Below are positions 59,567 to 64,000 of a stretch of 64,000 nt of DNA, in pieces (positions within the stretch are counted from its first letter, which is position 1; each line of letters begins with the position of its first letter). This DNA comes from Spirochaetia bacterium (GTDB lineage: Bacteria > Spirochaetota > Spirochaetia > CADAEX01). A program made the position numbers and the translations under genes. The notes under the pieces were generated by a model. The model was not told the origin of the DNA, did not search any database, and saw only the letters and a program-made list of their open reading frames with translations. The DNA is taken from positions 1,568,001-1,632,000 of the forward strand of contig OY759746.1 of assembly GCA_963662795.1 (NCBI GenBank), in the 5' to 3' direction.

Positions 59567-60946
59567 ATGGAAGCGAAAGAAATGGTAGCTGCCCTGATAA
59601 AAAGGGCAAGGGCGGCGCAGAAGATAGCGGACGGATACAGCCAGGAAAAGGTTGATGAACTTGTAAAGGCGATATCATGGGCTATAATAAAGAAGGAAAA
59701 CTCGGAAAAAATAGCGCGCCTTGCGGTGGATGAATCGCAGCTCGGACACTATGAAGGAAAATACGGAAAGCTGCAGAAGAAAATCCGCGGTGTAGTTCGT
59801 GATGTGGCCGGAGTAAAATCTGTAGGTATAATTGAGCGTGATGAGAAAAAAGGACTCCTTAAAATAGCAAAACCTGTTGGAGTAATAGGGGCGCTTGTCC
59901 CCTGCACAAATCCTGAGGCGACCCCTGTAATCAAGGCGATAAACTCGATCAAGGGAAGAAACGCAATCATCTTCGCGCCGCACCCGAGGACAAAGAAAAC
60001 CAATACCCTTATAGTAAACATTATGAGGGACGCGCTTAAAAGACACGGAGCGCCGGAAGACCTTATAATCGGAATAGAAGAGCCTTCGATGGACGCAAGC
60101 GGAGAGCTTATGGCCCAGTGCGACCTTGTTGTTGCAACAGGCGGGGCAGGGATGGTAAAAGCTGCATATTCATCAGGAACTCCTGCATACGGAGTAGGTG
60201 CCGGAAATGTTGTAGTTGTAGTTGATGAGACAGCGGACTTTAAAGACAGCGCAAAGAAGATAATGCTGAGCAAGACATTTGATCTTGCAACCAGCTGCAG
60301 CGCGGACAATAATATCGTTCTTGTCGATGAGGTTTATGAAAAAATGCTTGATGAGCTTAAGGCAGTGGGCGGGTACATGTGCTCATCCGATGAGAAGGCA
60401 AAGCTTCAGAAGGTAGTCTTTCCAGATAATCATCTCGGACGGGACCATGTCGCACAGAGTGCACAGAAGATAGCATCCCTTGCGGGGTTTAAAATACCTG
60501 AAGGTGTAACCTTCATCCTTGTTGAGGAAGACGGTGTAGGGGCAAGCCATCCGTTCAGCGGAGAGAAGATGAGCGTAATCGCAGCTGTTCATAAAGTAGC
60601 TGATTTTAAGGCCGCGATTGATAAGGTAAACGAGATAACATCCTATCAGGGCGCGGGGCACTCCTGCGGTCTTTACTCAAATGATATGAAGCGGATAGAA
60701 GAATTCGGCGTTAAAACAAAGACGAGCCGTGTAATGATCAGGCAGCCTCAGGTGTTCGGAAACAGCGGAAACTGGGACAACGGTCTTCCATTTACTCTTA
60801 CCCTCGGATGCGGAACATGGGGAGGCAACATCTCAAGCGAGAACATCACCTGGAAGCATTTTATCAATATAACATGGCTTTCGATGCCTATCCCTGAGGT
60901 AATCCCGAAAGATGAGGACCTCTTTGGCGATATCATGAAGGAATAA
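59567..60946 (+). CDS. CoA-acylating aldehyde dehydrogenase (SauS/SucD-like)
   Basis: PCTNPEATP, ATGGAGMVKAAYSSG, SKTFDLATSCS, FSGEKMS, LGCGTWGGN. Confidence 0.88.
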   Translation: MEAKEMVAALIKRARAAQKIADGYSQEKVDELVKAISWAIIKKENSEKIARLAVDESQLGHYEGKYGKLQKKIRGVVRDVAGVKSVGIIERDEKKGLLKIAKPVGVIGALVPCTNPEATPVIKAINSIKGRNAIIFAPHPRTKKTNTLIVNIMRDALKRHGAPEDLIIGIEEPSMDASGELMAQCDLVVATGGAGMVKAAYSSGTPAYGVGAGNVVVVVDETADFKDSAKKIMLSKTFDLATSCSADNNIVLVDEVYEKMLDELKAVGGYMCSSDEKAKLQKVVFPDNHLGRDHVAQSAQKIASLAGFKIPEGVTFILVEEDGVGASHPFSGEKMSVIAAVHKVADFKAAIDKVNEITSYQGAGHSCGLYSNDMKRIEEFGVKTKTSRVMIRQPQVFGNSGNWDNGLPFTLTLGCGTWGGNISSENITWKHFINITWLSMPIPEVIPKDEDLFGDIMKE

Positions 60947-60972
60947 TCTTTTTAAAAAAATAATGGGAAATC

Positions 60973-61006
60973 AAGGCTGCCTCTTCCTCGGGGGCAGCTT
61001 TTTTTT
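60973..61006 (+). terminator. Intrinsic terminator of iol operon
   Basis: AAGGCTGCCTCT...GGGGGCAGC followed by T8. Confidence 0.8.
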
Positions 61007-61167
61007 GATTAATCTGTCTATACAAATTCCTGATTCACGATTTTTACTATTGAAAAATAAAAGTAAAAATCAAAAAAGAATAATAATAAATCAAAATAAG
61101 ATACGACAGGCTGATTTTTCAATGTGATACTGATCTCCTGAAAAAAAATAAGTAAGGAAATAATATC

Positions 61168-62121
61168 ATGATATATAGAAAACTTGGAAATTCGGAGTTG
61201 AATGTATCTGCCGTCGGTCTTGGAACATGGGCTCTGGGCGGTGATTTTTGGGGACAGGTTGATGACCGGAATTCTATTTCAGCAATACAGGCTGGAATAG
61301 ATTCAGGAATTAACCTGATTGATACAGCTCCTGCCTATGGACAGGACCAGCATGCGGAAAAAATTGTTGGCAAAGCCATTAAGGGCAGACGTGAAAAGGT
61401 AATAATTGCCACTAAAGTAGGAACAATCCGCCATCCCGATAGTTTTGAGAGAAATTTAAAACCGGATAATATTATTGCACAGCTTGAAGAATCTCTTGAA
61501 AATCTGGGTGTCGATGTAATTGATCTGTATCAGATTCACTGGCCTGATGCTAAGACGCCACTTGAAGAAAGCTTGAAAACACTGGCAAAAGCTCAAAAAG
61601 ATGGAAAGTTTAAATATTTTGGTGTAGCAAATTTTAATATTGAACAATTGAATCAAGCCCGTGACATTATTGATGTTGTAAGTCTTCAGCCCCCTTTTTC
61701 CCTGTTAAAGAGAAATATTGAAAGTGATATTCTTCCATACTGCCGTAAAAAAAATCTTGGGGTACTGGGTTATGGTGCACTTGCCGGAGGTATTTTAACC
61801 GGAAAATTCCGGGATATGCCTGTTTTTAAGGAAGATGATAAAAGGAGTGATTTTTATCCTTATTACAAGGAACCGCTCTGGGGAAATATTCAGAAACTTC
61901 TGGATGTACTGCGTAAAATTGCTGGTTTGCGAAGTGTTCCTGTTGCGCAGGTTTCAATTAATTGGGCAATACATCAGTCTGGTATAACCAGTTCACTGGT
62001 TGGGGCAAAAACTACCGAGCAGGCCGTATTAAATGCAGGAGCAGCTGACTTTAATTTATCTGAATCGGAATTAGAGGAGATTGATAATGCCTATAATAAA
62101 TTTCTTAAAAAACTGTTGTAG
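61168..62121 (+). CDS. Aldo/keto reductase
   Basis: GLGTW, IDTAPAYG, ATKVG, DLYQIHWPD. Confidence 0.93.
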   Translation: MIYRKLGNSELNVSAVGLGTWALGGDFWGQVDDRNSISAIQAGIDSGINLIDTAPAYGQDQHAEKIVGKAIKGRREKVIIATKVGTIRHPDSFERNLKPDNIIAQLEESLENLGVDVIDLYQIHWPDAKTPLEESLKTLAKAQKDGKFKYFGVANFNIEQLNQARDIIDVVSLQPPFSLLKRNIESDILPYCRKKNLGVLGYGALAGGILTGKFRDMPVFKEDDKRSDFYPYYKEPLWGNIQKLLDVLRKIAGLRSVPVAQVSINWAIHQSGITSSLVGAKTTEQAVLNAGAADFNLSESELEEIDNAYNKFLKKLL

Positions 62122-62236
62122 ATTTTTAATGGTTGTAAAAAACATGTAAATATCAATATAGGATAATATAGAGTCAAAATAAAATACGACAGATGATTTT
62201 ATTGGTGAGAAAATTAATAAACTAAAGGGGAATCAC

Positions 62237-62749
62237 ATGGCAAAAAAAATATTGGCTATAGTCTCAAATGATTATGAAGAACTTGAATTATGGTATCCGG
62301 TATTGAGACTGAGAGAAGCCGGATATGTTGTAGATATTGCCGGAGAGAAAAATAAAGAGTCTTATCTGGGAAAACACGGTTTGCCAATACTTAGTACGGT
62401 CAGTTTTGATGAAGTAAATGTGAATGATTATGCAGGTCTGATAATTCCAGGCGGTTGGGCTCCTGATAAACTGAGAAGGTATGAAAAAGTAATCGAAATT
62501 GTACAAATCATGAATCAGCAAAATAAGGTTATTGGGGCAATATGTCATGCTGCCTGGGTTCTTGTTACGGCTGGTATTCTTTCGGGGAGAAAAATGACAA
62601 GTGTTGAATGCATATCCCCTGAATTGAAATATGCCGGAGCTGAGTGGATAAATAAAAGTTGTGTTATAGATGGAAATCTTGTAACCAGCAGAACCCCTCC
62701 TGATTTACCTGATTATATGATTGGATATTTAAATGTACTTGAAAGATAG
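62237..62749 (+). CDS. PfpI/DJ-1 family protein
   Basis: YEELEL, IPGGWAPD, AICHA, VTSRTPPDL. Confidence 0.92.
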   Translation: MAKKILAIVSNDYEELELWYPVLRLREAGYVVDIAGEKNKESYLGKHGLPILSTVSFDEVNVNDYAGLIIPGGWAPDKLRRYEKVIEIVQIMNQQNKVIGAICHAAWVLVTAGILSGRKMTSVECISPELKYAGAEWINKSCVIDGNLVTSRTPPDLPDYMIGYLNVLER

Positions 62750-62788
62750 GCTGAAAAATACAAAAAAATTAAGGAGAACTGTAAAAAT

Positions 62789-63661
62789 ATGGAAATGATT
62801 TTTCAGGTAATAATAAACGGTTTACTTATCGGCGGGTTTTATGCCCTCGTAGGTATCGGGTTGAATGTAATTTTCGGAGTCATGAAAGTTGTAAATTTCA
62901 GTCAGGGTGAATTCTTGATGCTGGGAATGTATGTAACATATGTTTTAAATAAGGTTTTTGGGTTGGATCCATATTTGACATTACCTATTTCTGCCGCCTT
63001 GCTTTTTATGTTAGGCGCGATTGTTCAGAATTATCTTATGACTCCTATAATGAGACAGTCTGGTGATTCAAATCAAATATTCCTGACAGTATCAATTATG
63101 TTCTTATTACAAAATGCATCAATGATGATTTTTTCTGCAGATTACCTGGCTGTAAATACAGATTATGGTATGAAAGGTATTAAGCTTTTTGGTTCCTTAA
63201 TGACTTATCCTAAAGTCATAAGTTTTATTTTTGTACTTATTATAACAATTGCCTTATTTTATTTTTTAAATAAAACTGATACAGGTAAAGCGCTAAGAGC
63301 TACCTCGCAGAACAGTTATGGGGCAAATCTGATCGGTATCAATATAAAAAGAATGTATGTACTTGCTTTCGGACTGGGGACAGGACTTGCAGGTATTGCC
63401 GGTTCGTTGCTTGTCCCTTTTTATTATGTTTTTCCTCATATCGGAGATACATTTACTCCCAGGGCCTTTGTTGTAGTGGTTCTGGGCGGTCTTGGTAATA
63501 TTCCAGGTGCGCTTATTGGAGGTTTAATTTTAGGTCTTTTGGAAACTGCGGGTGGTTTTGTTCTGGGGCCGGCTTTAAAAGAAACTTTTGTATTTATTAT
63601 TTTTATTCTGATTCTTGTAACAAGAGGGCAGATTGAAACAAAAAAGAGGGGATTGGTTTAA
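62789..63661 (+). CDS. Branched-chain amino acid-type ABC permease (LivH-like)
   Basis: GLNVIFGVMKVVNFSQGE, GKALRATSQN, VVLGGLG. Confidence 0.92.
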   Translation: MEMIFQVIINGLLIGGFYALVGIGLNVIFGVMKVVNFSQGEFLMLGMYVTYVLNKVFGLDPYLTLPISAALLFMLGAIVQNYLMTPIMRQSGDSNQIFLTVSIMFLLQNASMMIFSADYLAVNTDYGMKGIKLFGSLMTYPKVISFIFVLIITIALFYFLNKTDTGKALRATSQNSYGANLIGINIKRMYVLAFGLGTGLAGIAGSLLVPFYYVFPHIGDTFTPRAFVVVVLGGLGNIPGALIGGLILGLLETAGGFVLGPALKETFVFIIFILILVTRGQIETKKRGLV

Positions 63662-63662
63662 T

Positions 63663-64000
63663 ATGGAAATTTTAAAAACTGATGTAAATCTTAAAAAGGC
63701 CAATTATATCATACTATCAATAATAACGTTACTGGTTTTTATGCTCCCGGTTATTGTTAAAGAGCCTTATCTGCTTCATGTTTTTATCATGCTGTTCTGG
63801 ACAACTGCCTGCAGTCTTGCATGGAATATTATTGGAGGATTTGCCGGACAGTTTTCTCTGGGACATGCTGTTTTTATGGGTTTCGGGGCATACGCTACCG
63901 CGTTCGTACAGACTAAATTGGCTCTTCCTCCCCTTGTCGGATTGGTTATCGGGGTTATATTTGTAGTTGTTGTTTCTGTCATTCTCTTCTATCCATGTTT
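63663..64000 (+). CDS. Branched-chain amino acid-type ABC permease (LivM-like), partial
   Basis: Manual translation from ATG 63663: ...AWNIIGGFAGQFSLGHAVFMGFGAY. Confidence 0.85.
   Translation, partial: MEILKTDVNLKKANYIILSIITLLVFMLPVIVKEPYLLHVFIMLFWTTACSLAWNIIGGFAGQFSLGHAVFMGFGAYATAFVQTKLALPPLVGLVIGVIFVVVVSVILFYPC

Overview
Bacterial chromosomal window, probably from an anaerobic Spirochaetota member. This is inferred from the short spirochete-type ParE/ParC, the 'FATGQKE' signal end on DctP and the FMN-binding exported protein. Housekeeping genes include parEC, gatCAB-aspS (non-discriminating) and aceE-aceF-lpdA. Accessory blocks: (1) an AT-rich sigma54-controlled catabolic island (GabT-like aminotransferase, PAS-bEBP, TRAP, Nim-like flavoprotein, AbgB-like amidohydrolase, LarA); (2) a methyltransferase/isoprenoid-synthase-fold/ABC operon; (3) a type I RM system with a Schlafen/AlbA_2 gene coupled between hsdM and hsdS; (4) an operon of a divergent enolase, a divergent MOFRL kinase and a LarA-like protein with a convergent GntR gene; (5) a myo-inositol cluster with a SauS-like acylating dehydrogenase where iolA would be expected, divergent from an ADP-forming acyl-CoA synthetase and an NDK-like gene. 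Best novelty candidates: the enolase/kinase/LarA-like operon, whose active-site substitutions appear coordinated; an orphan sigma54 promoter driving a structured ~145-nt candidate sRNA with an anti-SD stretch; the inositol malonyl-CoA/ATP branch; and the RM-embedded Schlafen. No rRNA, tRNA, CRISPR array, integrase or transposase was seen. All calls come from motif recognition by eye; no database searches were run.
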